Source: Eubacteriales bacterium (GTDB lineage: Bacteria; Bacillota; Clostridia; Oscillospirales; CAG-272). From it: a stretch of DNA of 64,000 nt. The stretch is from NCBI GenBank assembly GCA_045659905.1, contig JAZRCT010000040.1, forward strand, positions 2,003 through 66,002, read 5' to 3'. The translations under genes were made by a program, and so were the position numbers. The notes under the pieces were generated by a model, which was not told the DNA's origin, ran no database searches, and saw only the letters and a list, made by a program, of their open reading frames with translations. Below, piece by piece: positions 50,982 to 60,993 of the stretch; positions within the stretch are counted from its first letter, which is position 1, and each line of letters starts with the position of its first letter.

Positions 50982-52043
50982 TCAAATCTTGTATACCCAG
51001 CCGTAGCTGTCGGTAATCTTGCCCCATTGGATTCCCGTAAGGGTGTCGTAAAGCCACTGGGTGACCTCTCCGATTTTCTCGCCGCCTATTACGAACTCCT
51101 CGTCCTTATACATAAGCCTGCCTATCGGAGAAACGACGGCGGCTGTGCCGCAGCCGAACGCCTCCTCGAGCCTGCCCTCCTTAAGAGCGAGAATAAGCTC
51201 GTCAACCGAGAGTAAGCGCTCCTCGACAGTATAGCCCTTGCTCTTTAATACCTCTATGCAGGATTTTCTCGTAATACCGGGGAGAATAGAACCCGTGAGC
51301 TTCGGGGTGACTATGACGCCGTCTATCTTGAACATTACGTTCATGGCGCCGACCTCTTCGATATACTTGCGGTGAACGCCGTCGAGCCACAGCACCTGAG
51401 AATAACCCTTCTTGTTGGCACGCTCGCCCGCTCTCGTGGAGGCTGCGTAGTTGCCGCCGCATTTTGCATAGCCGGTGCCGCCTCTTACGGTGCGGACGTC
51501 CTCCTCCTCTATCATAATCTTTACAGGGTTGATGCCCTCCTTGTAGTAGCTGCCGCTCGGCGAGGCTATTACCATAAATTTAGCGCGCTTTACTGCGTGA
51601 ACTCCGAGAGCCTCGTCGTTGCCAAAGAGGAAGGGACGAAGATAAAGCGACGTGCCGAACGAATAGGGTACGTATTCCTGCTCACACTTCACAAAGGCGG
51701 TAATCAAACCGAGCATCTCGTCCTCGTCCATTTCGGGCAGCGACATACGCTCGGCAGAGCGGTTCATTCGTCTTACGTTCTCCATAGGTCTGAAGAGCTG
51801 AACGCTTCCGTCCTTGGTGCGATACGCCTTAAGTCCCTCGAAAATTTCAGCGCCGTAATGAAGCACTGTTGAGGCAGGATGCAAAGAAATGTTGGCAAAA
51901 GGCTTGATTTCTGCGTTGTGCCATCCGTTTTCCTCGTCGTAGTCTACGGTGAGCATATGGGGCGTGAAATAAGTGCCGAAGCCAAGCTCGCTTTCCTTTG
52001 GGAGATTAGGCTTGTTTGGATTTTTCGTGATTTTGATTTCCAT
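50982..52043 (-). CDS. ilvE: branched-chain amino acid aminotransferase
   Basis: 353 aa; LHYGAEIFEGLKAYR and GGTGYAKCGGNYAAS motifs (fold-type IV PLP). Confidence 0.94.
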   Translation of the reverse strand: MEIKITKNPNKPNLPKESELGFGTYFTPHMLTVDYDEENGWHNAEIKPFANISLHPASTVLHYGAEIFEGLKAYRTKDGSVQLFRPMENVRRMNRSAERMSLPEMDEDEMLGLITAFVKCEQEYVPYSFGTSLYLRPFLFGNDEALGVHAVKRAKFMVIASPSGSYYKEGINPVKIMIEEEDVRTVRGGTGYAKCGGNYAASTRAGERANKKGYSQVLWLDGVHRKYIEEVGAMNVMFKIDGVIVTPKLTGSILPGITRKSCIEVLKSKGYTVEERLLSVDELILALKEGRLEEAFGCGTAAVVSPIGRLMYKDEEFVIGGEKIGEVTQWLYDTLTGIQWGKITDSYGWVYKI

Positions 52044-52110
52044 TTCGTTTTCCTCTTAGAATTGTTATTTCTTATATAATTTGCGAGAAGCTCTCCGCCT
52101 TTTTTCGCTT

Positions 52111-52890
52111 TTATATAAGCTGCGAGAAGCTTTCGAATTTGTAGGCCACGTTTTCCTTTTGGTGAGCGTCGCTCGATAAAATGAAGCCTGCTCCGAGAGA
52201 GCGCAGGTAGGAGTAAAGCTCACCCTTTGGATACGGCTCGTCAGTGTAGCCTCGGCTGATAGCGCCCGTGTTTATCTCGAATAAAAGACCGTCGTCCGTA
52301 AGCCGCCTTGCCGCTGCTTTTGCTGCCGAGAGGTATCTTTCGTCAGCGGGATTGAAAAGCGAATTATCCTTATTGAATTTTGTTATAAGGTCGAAATGAC
52401 CTACTATATCGGCGTTGCATTTGTCCTTGATTTCGGATACCAAGCGGTAATACTTGTCGGCAAGAGCGAAGAAGTCGCCGTCAAATTTCTCATTGACCGT
52501 ACGAACTAGGGTATCCCTTGAAAGGTCAATCGGCAGATATTCCTTGCCGATTTTGAGGTAGTGCGCCGAGCCGATTATATAATCGTAGCCGTCCTCACAA
52601 AAGGTGGTGTAGCAGTCGGTCTCTATTCCGCACAGCACGAGGATTTTATCCTTATACTTTTCACGAAGCCGCCGAATCTCCGCCTTGAAGCGAGGCACGT
52701 CCTCCTTGGATATCGAGCATTCTCTATCAAAGCTTACGGTGGAGTGATGCAGGATTCCTACGCAGGAAAGACCCTTTAGTATTGCGCTTACGACCATATC
52801 CTCGGGGGTGTCCCTGCCGTCGCAAAAGCAGGTGTGCGTATGCAAATCGCAGCTTTTTTTGTCAAGACGCTCTAAAATTTCATTTCTCAT
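52111..52890 (-). CDS. hisJ: histidinol-phosphatase, PHP family
   Basis: 259 aa; [12 protein letters not shown] (PHP His cluster) and SSDAH near the C-terminus. Last gene of the his operon. Confidence 0.85.
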   Translation of the reverse strand: MRNEILERLDKKSCDLHTHTCFCDGRDTPEDMVVSAILKGLSCVGILHHSTVSFDRECSISKEDVPRFKAEIRRLREKYKDKILVLCGIETDCYTTFCEDGYDYIIGSAHYLKIGKEYLPIDLSRDTLVRTVNEKFDGDFFALADKYYRLVSEIKDKCNADIVGHFDLITKFNKDNSLFNPADERYLSAAKAAARRLTDDGLLFEINTGAISRGYTDEPYPKGELYSYLRSLGAGFILSSDAHQKENVAYKFESFSQLI

Positions 52891-53537
52891 TTCGTCATTT
52901 TTTCCTGCTTTACCTTCTTGTCTATGACGTGACGGGAGGCAAGCTCACGGTGTATATCCTCGAGCGAAATTCCCATCTGTATCATAAGGACGAGCAGGTG
53001 GTACGCAAGGTCGGCTATTTCGTAAATCGTTTCCTTTTTGTCGTCTGCCTTGGCTGCAATAATGACCTCGGTGCTTTCCTCGCCCACCTTCTTTAATATC
53101 TTATCGAGTCCTTTTTCAAAAAGGTAGGTGGTGTAAGAGCCCTCGGTCTTTTCGGTCTTTCTGCCCTCGATAAGCTTTACGAGCGCCGAAAGGGAAAATT
53201 CCTTCAGTTCCTCGCTCCTGAATACGGGATTGAAAAAGCAGCTTTCTTCGCCCGTATGGCAGGCGGGTCCTTCGGGCTCTACCGCGACGACCAGAGCGTC
53301 AAGGTCGCAGTCTGCGGTGATGGAAACTATATTCTGATAGTTGCCGCTAGTCTCGCCCTTGTGCCAAAGCTCGCCTCTTGAACGGCTGAAAAAGACGGTC
53401 TGCCCCTTTTCCATAGAGAGCTTAAGGCTCTCCTTATTCATATAAGCAAGCGTCAGCACACGCTTGGTGACAGCGTCTACTACTATTGCGGGGATTAAGC
53501 CCTTGCTATCAAATTTGAGATTGTCTATATTAAGCAT
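52887..53537 (-). CDS. hisIE: bifunctional phosphoribosyl-AMP cyclohydrolase / phosphoribosyl-ATP pyrophosphatase
   Basis: 216 aa; the HisI part ([18 protein letters not shown]...[10 protein letters not shown]) fused to the HisE part ([11 protein letters not shown]...[13 protein letters not shown]). Confidence 0.93.
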   Translation of the reverse strand: MLNIDNLKFDSKGLIPAIVVDAVTKRVLTLAYMNKESLKLSMEKGQTVFFSRSRGELWHKGETSGNYQNIVSITADCDLDALVVAVEPEGPACHTGEESCFFNPVFRSEELKEFSLSALVKLIEGRKTEKTEGSYTTYLFEKGLDKILKKVGEESTEVIIAAKADDKKETIYEIADLAYHLLVLMIQMGISLEDIHRELASRHVIDKKVKQEKMTK

Positions 53538-53561
53538 AATTTATTCTCCTTTATGCATATG

Positions 53562-54326
53562 TTAATTTACAATTCGCATAGGAATTCCGTTTGATTTGAG
53601 CATTTCCTTTAGCTCGGAAATCTTGACCTCACCAAAGTGGAATATTGATGCGGCAAGTCCTGCGTCCACCTTTGGAAGCGCTTGAAATAGCTTAAGGAAA
53701 TCCTCGGCGCAGCCGGCGCCCCCTGAGGCTATAACGGGGACTGATACGATATCGCACACCGCACGAAGCATCTCAAGGTCAAAGCCACGCTTCACGCCGT
53801 CGGTGTCGATAGAATTGAGCACAATCTCACCGGCTCCGCTGTCAACGCCTCGTTTTATCCATTCAAGGGCGTCAAGCCCCGTGTCCTCTCTGCCACCCTT
53901 GGCGAACACTCTGAACTGTCCGCCGACACGCTTTACGTCGCAGGACAGCACTACGCATTGGTCACCGTATCGCTTTGCCGCCTCGTAGATAAGCGAGGGA
54001 TTTTTGATAGCTCCCGAATTTACGCTTACCTTATCTGCGCCGCATTTAAGCACTCGGTCGAAATCCCGAAGCGAGTTTATACCGCCGCCCACGGTGAGCG
54101 GAATGAAGATGGTGCTTGCCACCTCCTTCAGTATGTCGGTAAAGAGCGCACGTCCCTCGCTTGAAGCGGTGATGTCGTAAAACACCAGCTCGTCAGCGCC
54201 GCAGCTGCTGTAATATCTGCCAAGCTCGACGGGGGAGGAAACGTCGGAGAGCCCCTTGAAGTTGACTCCCTTTACGACTCGGCCGTCTTTCACGTCAAGG
54301 CAGGGAATTATTCTTTTAGTAATCAT
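53562..54326 (-). CDS. hisF: imidazole glycerol phosphate synthase cyclase subunit
   Basis: 254 aa; RIIPCLDVKDGRVVKGVNF and ASGGAG motifs. Confidence 0.95.
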   Translation of the reverse strand: MITKRIIPCLDVKDGRVVKGVNFKGLSDVSSPVELGRYYSSCGADELVFYDITASSEGRALFTDILKEVASTIFIPLTVGGGINSLRDFDRVLKCGADKVSVNSGAIKNPSLIYEAAKRYGDQCVVLSCDVKRVGGQFRVFAKGGREDTGLDALEWIKRGVDSGAGEIVLNSIDTDGVKRGFDLEMLRAVCDIVSVPVIASGGAGCAEDFLKLFQALPKVDAGLAASIFHFGEVKISELKEMLKSNGIPMRIVN

Positions 54327-55036
54327 TTTGCCACCTCTAAGGCCTCGGCGAGCTTTATATCGCCCGTGTAGTATGCCTTACCTATTATAGCGCCGTAAAT
54401 TCCAAGCGAGCGAAGCCGCCTTACGTCCTCTATCGAGGATACGCCGCCCGACGCTATTATCTGAATTTTGAGCTTTTCCGAAAGCTCTCTGTAAAGCTCG
54501 TGGTTAGCTCCCATCATAGCTCCGTCCTTTGATATATCGGTGCAAATTACCGTGCGCACTCCCATATCCTCGAGATTTTTCATAAAGTCGAAGCCCGGAA
54601 GCTCGCTTTTTTCGGTCCAGCCCTTGATAGCCACGAAGCCGTCCTTAAGGTCGACGCCTACGGCTACCTTGTCACCGTATTTTTTTAAAGCCTCGCGCAA
54701 AAGCTCGGGGTTGGTCACTGCCGCCGTGCCGAGTATAACTCTGCCGACACCCGCCTCTATATATTTGTCTATAACCTCAATAGAGCGTATGCCGCCGCCA
54801 ACCTCGACGAAAAGCTTGGTTCTTTCAAGGATTCCTTTTATAACCTCAAGATTCGGCGTGCCGCCGCTCTTTGCTCCGTCGAGGTCGACAAGATGCATAT
54901 ATTCTGCCCCCGCGCGCTCAAATGCGAGAGCTACCTCGGACGGGTCGTTGCTGTATACCGTAACCTTATCGTAATCGCCCTTGTAAAGGCGCACCGCCTT
55001 GCCTGAAAGCAGGTCTATTGCGGGAAATATCTTCAT
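54323..55036 (-). CDS. hisA: ProFAR isomerase
   Basis: 237 aa; MKIFPAIDLLSGKAVRLYKGDY and LVDLDGA motifs. Confidence 0.95.
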   Translation of the reverse strand: MKIFPAIDLLSGKAVRLYKGDYDKVTVYSNDPSEVALAFERAGAEYMHLVDLDGAKSGGTPNLEVIKGILERTKLFVEVGGGIRSIEVIDKYIEAGVGRVILGTAAVTNPELLREALKKYGDKVAVGVDLKDGFVAIKGWTEKSELPGFDFMKNLEDMGVRTVICTDISKDGAMMGANHELYRELSEKLKIQIIASGGVSSIEDVRRLRSLGIYGAIIGKAYYTGDIKLAEALEVAK

Positions 55037-55148
55037 AGCTTTCTTCCTTTAAATAATTATATAGCAAACGGCTTTGCCGATGCAAGCTATTTCCGCTTGC
55101 GCAATGCGGTCGGCAAAATGCGCCGCCTGTCCTTTTTTTGGTATTCCC

Positions 55149-55760
55149 TTAAAGCTCACAAAAGGCTCTCAGAATATTAAGCCCAACCTCGCCGCTCTTT
55201 TCGGGGTGGAATTGACAGCCGTATACGTTGTCCTTTGCAACTGCCGCCGTAAGCCTTGCGCTGTATTCGGCAACCGCCGCCGTGTCGGCGTCGCACTCCC
55301 TAGCCGAGTAAGAATGAACGAAATAGACGCAGTCGCCGCTCTTTATATGCTTGAAAATGCCGCAATCCTTATTGGTAATTTCAAGAGCGTTCCAGCCTAT
55401 ATGCGGGATTTTCAGCGTCCTGTCGATAACCTCTGCTATCGGACGCACCTCGCCCGAAATAAGCCCCAGTCCCTCGTGGATACCGTATTCGTAGCTGCGC
55501 TCGAAAAGCAGCTGCATTCCAAGGCATATTCCGAGCAGAGGCTTTCCTTTCTTGGCTTCCTCAATCAAAAGCATGTCAAGCCCCGACGCACGAAGCTTGG
55601 CTATTGCGTCCTCGAATGCGCCGACGCCGGGAAGAATTATCTTGTCGGCACGCCTGATAACCTCCTCGTCGCTCGTTGCTACCGCCTCAGCACCTATCAT
55701 AGAAAAGGAGCTGACAAGCGAGAAAAGATTTCCGACGCCGTAATCAACGATGGCTATCAT
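55149..55760 (-). CDS. hisH: imidazole glycerol phosphate synthase glutaminase subunit
   Basis: 203 aa; IAIVDYGVGNL, GICLGMQLL (catalytic Cys) and HSY motifs. Confidence 0.95.
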   Translation of the reverse strand: MIAIVDYGVGNLFSLVSSFSMIGAEAVATSDEEVIRRADKIILPGVGAFEDAIAKLRASGLDMLLIEEAKKGKPLLGICLGMQLLFERSYEYGIHEGLGLISGEVRPIAEVIDRTLKIPHIGWNALEITNKDCGIFKHIKSGDCVYFVHSYSARECDADTAAVAEYSARLTAAVAKDNVYGCQFHPEKSGEVGLNILRAFCEL

Positions 55761-56347
55761 TAAAGCACTCCTTTTGTGGAGGGAAGCTTATCCTTAAATC
55801 TTTCGTCAATGCTTACCGCCTTGCGAAGGCTTCTTGCGCAGGACTTGAAAACTCCCTCGATTATGTGGTGAGCGTTAGCTCCCGCAAGCTGTCTTATGTG
55901 AAGCGTGACGCCTGCATTCATACAGAACGCCTGCCAGAATTCGTAAGTAAGCTCGGTGTCGAAATCTCCTACCTTTGCGCTCTTTATATCAAGCTCGCAG
56001 GCAAGAAAGCTTCTTCCCGATACGTCGATAGCCGAGAGAATGAGCGTCTCGTCCATAGGCAGAGTAGTGTCGGCGTAGCGGACTATTCCGCACTTGTCGC
56101 CAAGTGCCTCACGCACCGCCTGACCTAAGCAGATGCCGATATCCTCGGTGGTGTGATGGCAGTCAACCTCGGTGTCGCCTGCGCACCTGACGTCAAGGTC
56201 AAAGCCGCCGTGCCTTGCAAAGAGGGTGAGCATATGGTCAAGGAAGGCGCTGCCGCTCCTTATATTGGATACGCCCTCGCCGTCAAGATTGAGAGTAAGC
56301 TCGATATCGGTCTCGGCGGTCTTTCTTTTAATAGTAGAGGTTCTCAT
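55760..56347 (-). CDS. hisB: imidazoleglycerol-phosphate dehydratase
   Basis: [16 protein letters not shown] and [11 protein letters not shown] motifs. The ATG at 56347 overlaps the hisC TGA (ATGA coupling); the ORF track starts 5 codons earlier. Confidence 0.94.
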   Translation of the reverse strand: MRTSTIKRKTAETDIELTLNLDGEGVSNIRSGSAFLDHMLTLFARHGGFDLDVRCAGDTEVDCHHTTEDIGICLGQAVREALGDKCGIVRYADTTLPMDETLILSAIDVSGRSFLACELDIKSAKVGDFDTELTYEFWQAFCMNAGVTLHIRQLAGANAHHIIEGVFKSCARSLRKAVSIDERFKDKLPSTKGVL

Positions 56348-57408
56348 AGTATATCGCTCCATATTTCCTGGATTTTGTCAATAAGTGTTTGCATTTCTTC
56401 GGGATTTCCTACCGTTATACGGTTGTAATCCTTTATTCTTTCCTGAGTGAAATGGCGTACAAGGATTCCGTTTTCCTTAAGTCTTAGGTAAAGCTCCTCG
56501 CCGCTTATTTTTTCGTGCTTTGCAAAGATAAAGTTGGCGCTTGAATCGGTGGTGGAGAAGCCGAGCGCACGAAGCGCTGTCGCTGTTTTCTTCCTTGTGT
56601 CGATTATGCTCTTGCAGTTGTTCTTAAAATACTCCTCGTCACAGAGCGAGCCGACACCCATAGCCAAGGTCGTTCTGTTGACGTTATAAGGGTTGGTCGA
56701 ATATCTTAAGCGGTGGAGGTCTGAAATCAGTGCGCTGTCGCCTATTGCAAAGCCGAGCCTTGCGCCTGCCATTGAGCGTGATTTTGAGAAAGTGCCCGTC
56801 ACGAGCAGATTTTTATAGTCCTTCGTGAGCGCTACTGCGCTCTGTGCGCCGAAATCGACGTACGCCTCGTCCACTATTACGATTCTGTTCTCGTCCTCCG
56901 AGACAAGCTCCCTGATTTTCTCAAGCGGAAGCGCAATACCCGTCGGGGCGTTTGGATTGGCTATTATCACCGTGCCTCGCCTGCCCTTGTAATCCTCCGT
57001 CGCAATAGAGAAATCCTCCCTCAGGGGAATTATCTCGTAGGGTATTGAATTAAGCTCGGCGAATACTCGGTAAAAGCCGTAGGTTATATCGGCGAAAAGT
57101 GCGGGACGCTCCTCATCGCAAAACGCCATAAAAGCAAAATTCAGCACCTCGTCAGAGCCGTTGGTCATAATAAGCGAGTCCTCGCTCACCGAATAGTACT
57201 CCGCCATTTTTGCCCTGAGGTCACGCATCTCGGGGTCGGAATAGAGCATATTTCTCTCGACCTCACGCATAGCGTACTCTATTGCCCTCGGCGACGGCGG
57301 ATAGGGCGACTCGTTGGTGTTAAGCTTTATATAGCTTCGCTCCTTCGGCTGCTCGCCCGGGGTATAGGGCAGAAGCGTCCTGTATTTCTTAGTAAGATAT
57401 TTACTCAT
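56344..57408 (-). CDS. hisC: histidinol-phosphate aminotransferase
   Basis: 354 aa; class-II aminotransferase with [13 protein letters not shown] (PLP lysine). Confidence 0.93.
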   Translation of the reverse strand: MSKYLTKKYRTLLPYTPGEQPKERSYIKLNTNESPYPPSPRAIEYAMREVERNMLYSDPEMRDLRAKMAEYYSVSEDSLIMTNGSDEVLNFAFMAFCDEERPALFADITYGFYRVFAELNSIPYEIIPLREDFSIATEDYKGRRGTVIIANPNAPTGIALPLEKIRELVSEDENRIVIVDEAYVDFGAQSAVALTKDYKNLLVTGTFSKSRSMAGARLGFAIGDSALISDLHRLRYSTNPYNVNRTTLAMGVGSLCDEEYFKNNCKSIIDTRKKTATALRALGFSTTDSSANFIFAKHEKISGEELYLRLKENGILVRHFTQERIKDYNRITVGNPEEMQTLIDKIQEIWSDIL

Positions 57409-58685
57409 ACCTCGTCCTCAAATCTTATTACCGCACTCTTTGCGTGAGCGGTAAGTCCCTCCTTGGTGGCGAAATATTCAACCTTTTTCGCTACCGCCTC
57501 GAGGGCAGGTCTTTCATAATATATATACTGAGTCTTTTTTACGAAATCGTCTACCGACAAAGGACTTGAAAATCTTGCAGTGCCGCTTGTTGGAAGCGTG
57601 TGGTTCGTGCCTGCGAAATAATCTCCCAGCGCCTCAGGGCAATTCTTGCCGAGGAATACCGAGCCTGCGTGCTTGATTTTGGGAAGATAATCAAAGGGAT
57701 TGTCCACGCACACCTCAAGATGCTCGGGCGCTATGGCGTTTGCCACCTCGACAGCCGAGGCTATCGAGTCGGTGACGATTATTTTTCCGTAGTCGTCAAT
57801 AGAGGCTCTTGCTATTTCCTCTCTTATGAGCAGAGGAAGCTGTCTTTCTATTTCGTCTCTTACCGCAAGTGCAAAGTCCTCGTCGTCGGTGACCAGCACT
57901 GCGCTCGCCATTCTGTCGTGCTCCGCCTGCGAAAGCAGGTCTGCCGCAACGTCCATAGGACGGTTGGTGGCGTCGGCTATTACGAGAATTTCGCTGGGGC
58001 CCGCTATCATATCTATCGATACCTCGCCGAACACCTGACGCTTCGCCTCTGCAACGAAGGCGTTACCGGGGCCGACAATCTTGTCTACCTTAGGCACGCT
58101 CTGTGTGCCGTATGCGAGCGCCGCAACTGCGCCTGCGCCGCCTATCTTGTAAATTTCGTCAACTCCCGCAACCTTAGCCGCCGCAAGAATAACGGGATTT
58201 ACCCTGCCGTCAGGCGAGGGGGGCGTCACCATAACTACTCTTTCGCAGCCTGCAATCTTGGCGGGGATAGCATCCATAAGCACGGTAGAGGGGTAAGCCG
58301 CCGTGCCGCCCGGGACGTAAAGTCCCGCACGCTCAACGGGGATAACCTTTTGACCGACGATAACGCCGCCCTCCTTTTTGATTTCAAAGCCGCCCGACTT
58401 TTGCTTCTCGTGAAATTTACGGATATTCGCTGCAGCTTCCTCGAGTATTTCGAGGAATTCCTTATCGACCAGCGAAAGCGCCTCCTCTATCTCCTCCTCG
58501 CTGACACGCAGGGAGGAAAGCTCCGCCTTATCAAAAAGCCTTGCGTAATATTTGAGCGCCTCGTCGCCCTCTTTTCTTACTCTGTCTATAATTTCGGATA
58601 CCTTGCCCGATACGTCTGGGCGCTCCTCCTTTGCCGAGAATATTTCCTCTCTCGTATTTAAGGAGTCCTTTATAATTCTTATCAT
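57405..58685 (-). CDS. hisD: histidinol dehydrogenase
   Basis: 426 aa; GPGNAFVAEAKRQVFG and SQAEHD motifs. Confidence 0.95.
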   Translation of the reverse strand: MIRIIKDSLNTREEIFSAKEERPDVSGKVSEIIDRVRKEGDEALKYYARLFDKAELSSLRVSEEEIEEALSLVDKEFLEILEEAAANIRKFHEKQKSGGFEIKKEGGVIVGQKVIPVERAGLYVPGGTAAYPSTVLMDAIPAKIAGCERVVMVTPPSPDGRVNPVILAAAKVAGVDEIYKIGGAGAVAALAYGTQSVPKVDKIVGPGNAFVAEAKRQVFGEVSIDMIAGPSEILVIADATNRPMDVAADLLSQAEHDRMASAVLVTDDEDFALAVRDEIERQLPLLIREEIARASIDDYGKIIVTDSIASAVEVANAIAPEHLEVCVDNPFDYLPKIKHAGSVFLGKNCPEALGDYFAGTNHTLPTSGTARFSSPLSVDDFVKKTQYIYYERPALEAVAKKVEYFATKEGLTAHAKSAVIRFEDEV

Positions 58686-58699
58686 AATAATGCCTCTGT

Positions 58700-59329
58700 T
58701 TATTCTATAATAGCCGAAAGGCTGTCCCTTATTTCGTCTATTCTTTTAAGATTGAATTTAAAGCTTGCTTTGTTGGCAATCAGCCTTGCGCTGATGGGCT
58801 GGAATTTCTCTACTACGGCGAGATTGTTTTCTCTTAGCGTAGCGCCGGTCTCCACGATGTCTACTATTACGTCGGAAAGTCCGAGTATAGGCGCAAGCTC
58901 GATAGAGCCGTTTAGGTGAATAATATCAATATCCCTGCCGATTGAGGAATAATAGCTCTTTGCTATTTTTGAAAACTTAGTAGCCACTCTTAAGGTCTTG
59001 CTTCTGTCGTCCTCGAAGTCCGCCTTTGCGGCAACCGCCATATCGCACCTGCCCATCTTAAGGTCTAAAAGCTCGTAAACCTCGGGCGAATATTCAAGCA
59101 GAATATCCTTGCCGCAAACGCCGATATCAGCAGCTCCCCGCTCGACGTAAATAGCTACGTCCGAGGGCTTCACCCAGAAATATCTGACGAGGCGTTCGCT
59201 ATTCTCGAATATAAGCTTGCGACCGGGCTCTTTGATTGACGGACACTCGTATCCCGCCCTCTCAAAAAGCTCGTAAACCTTTTCTCCAAGCCTGCCTTTT
59301 GGCAGAGCAATGTTAATATATCTTTGCAT
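58700..59329 (-). CDS. hisG: ATP phosphoribosyltransferase, short form
   Basis: MQRYINIALPKGRL. AAGGTGG RBS before the ATG at 59329; the ORF-track start at 59386 would overlap hisZ. Its short length fits the presence of hisZ. Confidence 0.93.
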   Translation of the reverse strand: MQRYINIALPKGRLGEKVYELFERAGYECPSIKEPGRKLIFENSERLVRYFWVKPSDVAIYVERGAADIGVCGKDILLEYSPEVYELLDLKMGRCDMAVAAKADFEDDRSKTLRVATKFSKIAKSYYSSIGRDIDIIHLNGSIELAPILGLSDVIVDIVETGATLRENNLAVVEKFQPISARLIANKASFKFNLKRIDEIRDSLSAIIE

Positions 59330-59339
59330 ATTGCCACCT

Positions 59340-60281
59340 TTATTCCTGCGATGGGAGCCTTTCAAGCTCGTTGAGATATACGGCAAAGCCCATACCTTTT
59401 GAGTCGATTTTCATTCTTGACATCAAATTATCGTACTGACCGCCCGAAAGCACGCTCGTGGGGATTTTGTCAATATATCCCTTAATAGCTACGCCGTTGT
59501 AATACTTGGTGTTGCCGACTACCGAGAAGTCGACGAAAAGCTTATCCTTAACACCGAGAGAGTAAAGCTTGTCTATAAGCTCGGAAAATCCGTCGATTAC
59601 ACGGGATATGCGGTCGTTTATCCTGAAAGCGGAAAGCTTTTTCAGCACCGAGCGAGGCTCGCCGTAAATATCTGCAAGCGAGGCAATCAGCAAAGCCTCG
59701 TCCTCGGAAGCTCCGCCGGCTATTGCGGCAGATAGGATTCCGTCCTTGTTCTTCACGCCAAGCTCGGCGATAATTTTGCGCCTTGCATCACCCGATACGC
59801 CGAATTCCGAGAAAAGCTCAGATAGGACGTCGAGATTTGAAATCTCAATTACGTAGGAATCCGAAAACTCGGCAAGGCTTCTGTCGGCAAGATAGATTAC
59901 CTCGGCAATTTCAGCCTCGCCCACCTCGCCGATGCATTCAAGACCGACCTGCATTATTTCCTTAAAGCCGTGTGCGCCCCGTGAGGAGCGGTATACGTTT
60001 TCGTTGTAGCAGAGCTTAGCGCAGCCGCCCCTGACGGGAGCGCAGTTCTTGATAATCGAAAGGGTGACGTCGGGCTTCAACGCCATAAGCTTGCCGTCCT
60101 CGTCGGTAAAGGTAATTATACCGTCCGAAATAAGAAAATCCTTATTCCGCATATAAAGCTCGTATTCCTCAAACTTGCTCATTTTGTACTGCTGATAGCC
60201 GTATTCCGAGAAAAGCGCTCTCAGCTTATATACGGCAAGCTCCTGCGGGGTGAGGGTGGAAATTATTCTGTCACAGTTCAT
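59340..60281 (-). CDS. hisZ: ATP phosphoribosyltransferase regulatory subunit (HisRS paralog)
   Basis: 313 aa; class-II aaRS-like core lacking an anticodon domain; directly upstream of the short hisG. Confidence 0.88.
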   Translation of the reverse strand: MNCDRIISTLTPQELAVYKLRALFSEYGYQQYKMSKFEEYELYMRNKDFLISDGIITFTDEDGKLMALKPDVTLSIIKNCAPVRGGCAKLCYNENVYRSSRGAHGFKEIMQVGLECIGEVGEAEIAEVIYLADRSLAEFSDSYVIEISNLDVLSELFSEFGVSGDARRKIIAELGVKNKDGILSAAIAGGASEDEALLIASLADIYGEPRSVLKKLSAFRINDRISRVIDGFSELIDKLYSLGVKDKLFVDFSVVGNTKYYNGVAIKGYIDKIPTSVLSGGQYDNLMSRMKIDSKGMGFAVYLNELERLPSQE

Positions 60282-60574
60282 TTCTTCTCCTCCTTAGCTC
60301 GATTAAGTACGGTACGGTATCCGCCGCCACCGTACATAAGGCACTTATTTACTCTGCTTATAGTGGCGCTGCTTGCGCCCGTCTTTGCTGAGATGGCGCT
60401 GTAATTTTCGCCCTCGGTGAGCATTTTTGCGACCTCGAGCCTTTGATTCATAGATTCAAGCTCGCCTATCGTGAGGACGTCCTCGAAGAAGCTGCGGCAT
60501 TCCTCGATGCACTCAAGCGACATCACTGCCTTGAAAAACGAATCGTACGCCTCTATTGAAAAGTTTTTATTCAT
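60278..60574 (-). CDS. yerC: YerC/YecD family TrpR-like protein (candidate his-operon regulator)
   Basis: MNKNFSIEAYDSFFKAV...RLEVAKMLTEGENYSAISAKTGASSATISRVNKCLMYGGGGY matches my recollection of B. subtilis YerC. GGAG lies 8 nt before the ATG at 60574; the ORF-track start at 60646 is unlikely. Confidence 0.85.
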   Translation of the reverse strand: MNKNFSIEAYDSFFKAVMSLECIEECRSFFEDVLTIGELESMNQRLEVAKMLTEGENYSAISAKTGASSATISRVNKCLMYGGGGYRTVLNRAKEEKK

Positions 60575-60683
60575 AAAAATCTCCATTCCGTGCAGGGAGG
60601 GGCAGGACTGCCCACAGCACAAGGGTATGAAAATAAAGTCTGCCATTGTCGCCTTACGGCTTGGCTGAAAATGTACGCTATAT

Positions 60684-60712
60684 ATTTTAGCACGCTAAAG
60701 TGATAAAGTCAA
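60684..60712 (-). promoter_or_regulatory. sigma-A promoter of yerC-his operon (TTGACT-17-TGcTAAAAT)
   Basis: The minus strand reads TTGACTttatcactttagcgTGcTAAAAT. The spacer contains TATCACT and a direct repeat TAGCGT-N11-TAGCGT spans the -10. Confidence 0.65.
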
Positions 60713-60761
60713 CCCTAATCTAAAAAATTATATATATTTTTGCAAAACGGGAGGTGAAAGC

Positions 60762-60806
60762 AGAAAAAAGAGCAAAAACCCGCCTGATTTTGCGGTTTTT
60801 TGCTCT
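60762..60806 (-). terminator. intrinsic terminator after spoIIE
   Basis: The minus strand reads AGAGCAAAAAACCGC-aaaatcag-GCGGGTTTTTGCTCT followed by TTTTTTC. Confidence 0.75.
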
Positions 60807-60810
60807 GAAA

Positions 60811-60960
60811 GACAAGCTTGGGTTACAGGGGCAAGCTTCGGCTAGGGTGGGTTTCGGCTGCGGTGACAAGCGCTATATAGGTGTGCTTCGCTTGAGGGAC
60901 AAGCGCCGTATACGGCAGGCTTTGCCAAGATAACGCAGCAGCCGCTCTCTTTCTTTAACG
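60811..60960. repeat. degenerate ~33-bp repeats (GACAAGCG...) with embedded palindromes in the spoIIE 3' region
   Basis: gacaagcttgggttacagggg / caagcttcggctagggtgggtttcggctgcggt / gacaagcgctatataggtgtgcttcgcttgagg / gacaagcgccgtatacggcaggctttgccaaga. It contains the GCCGTATACGGC palindrome. Confidence 0.6.
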
Positions 60961-60993
60961 GGCGCTTATATTATATTTTATGCAGCCCCTATT

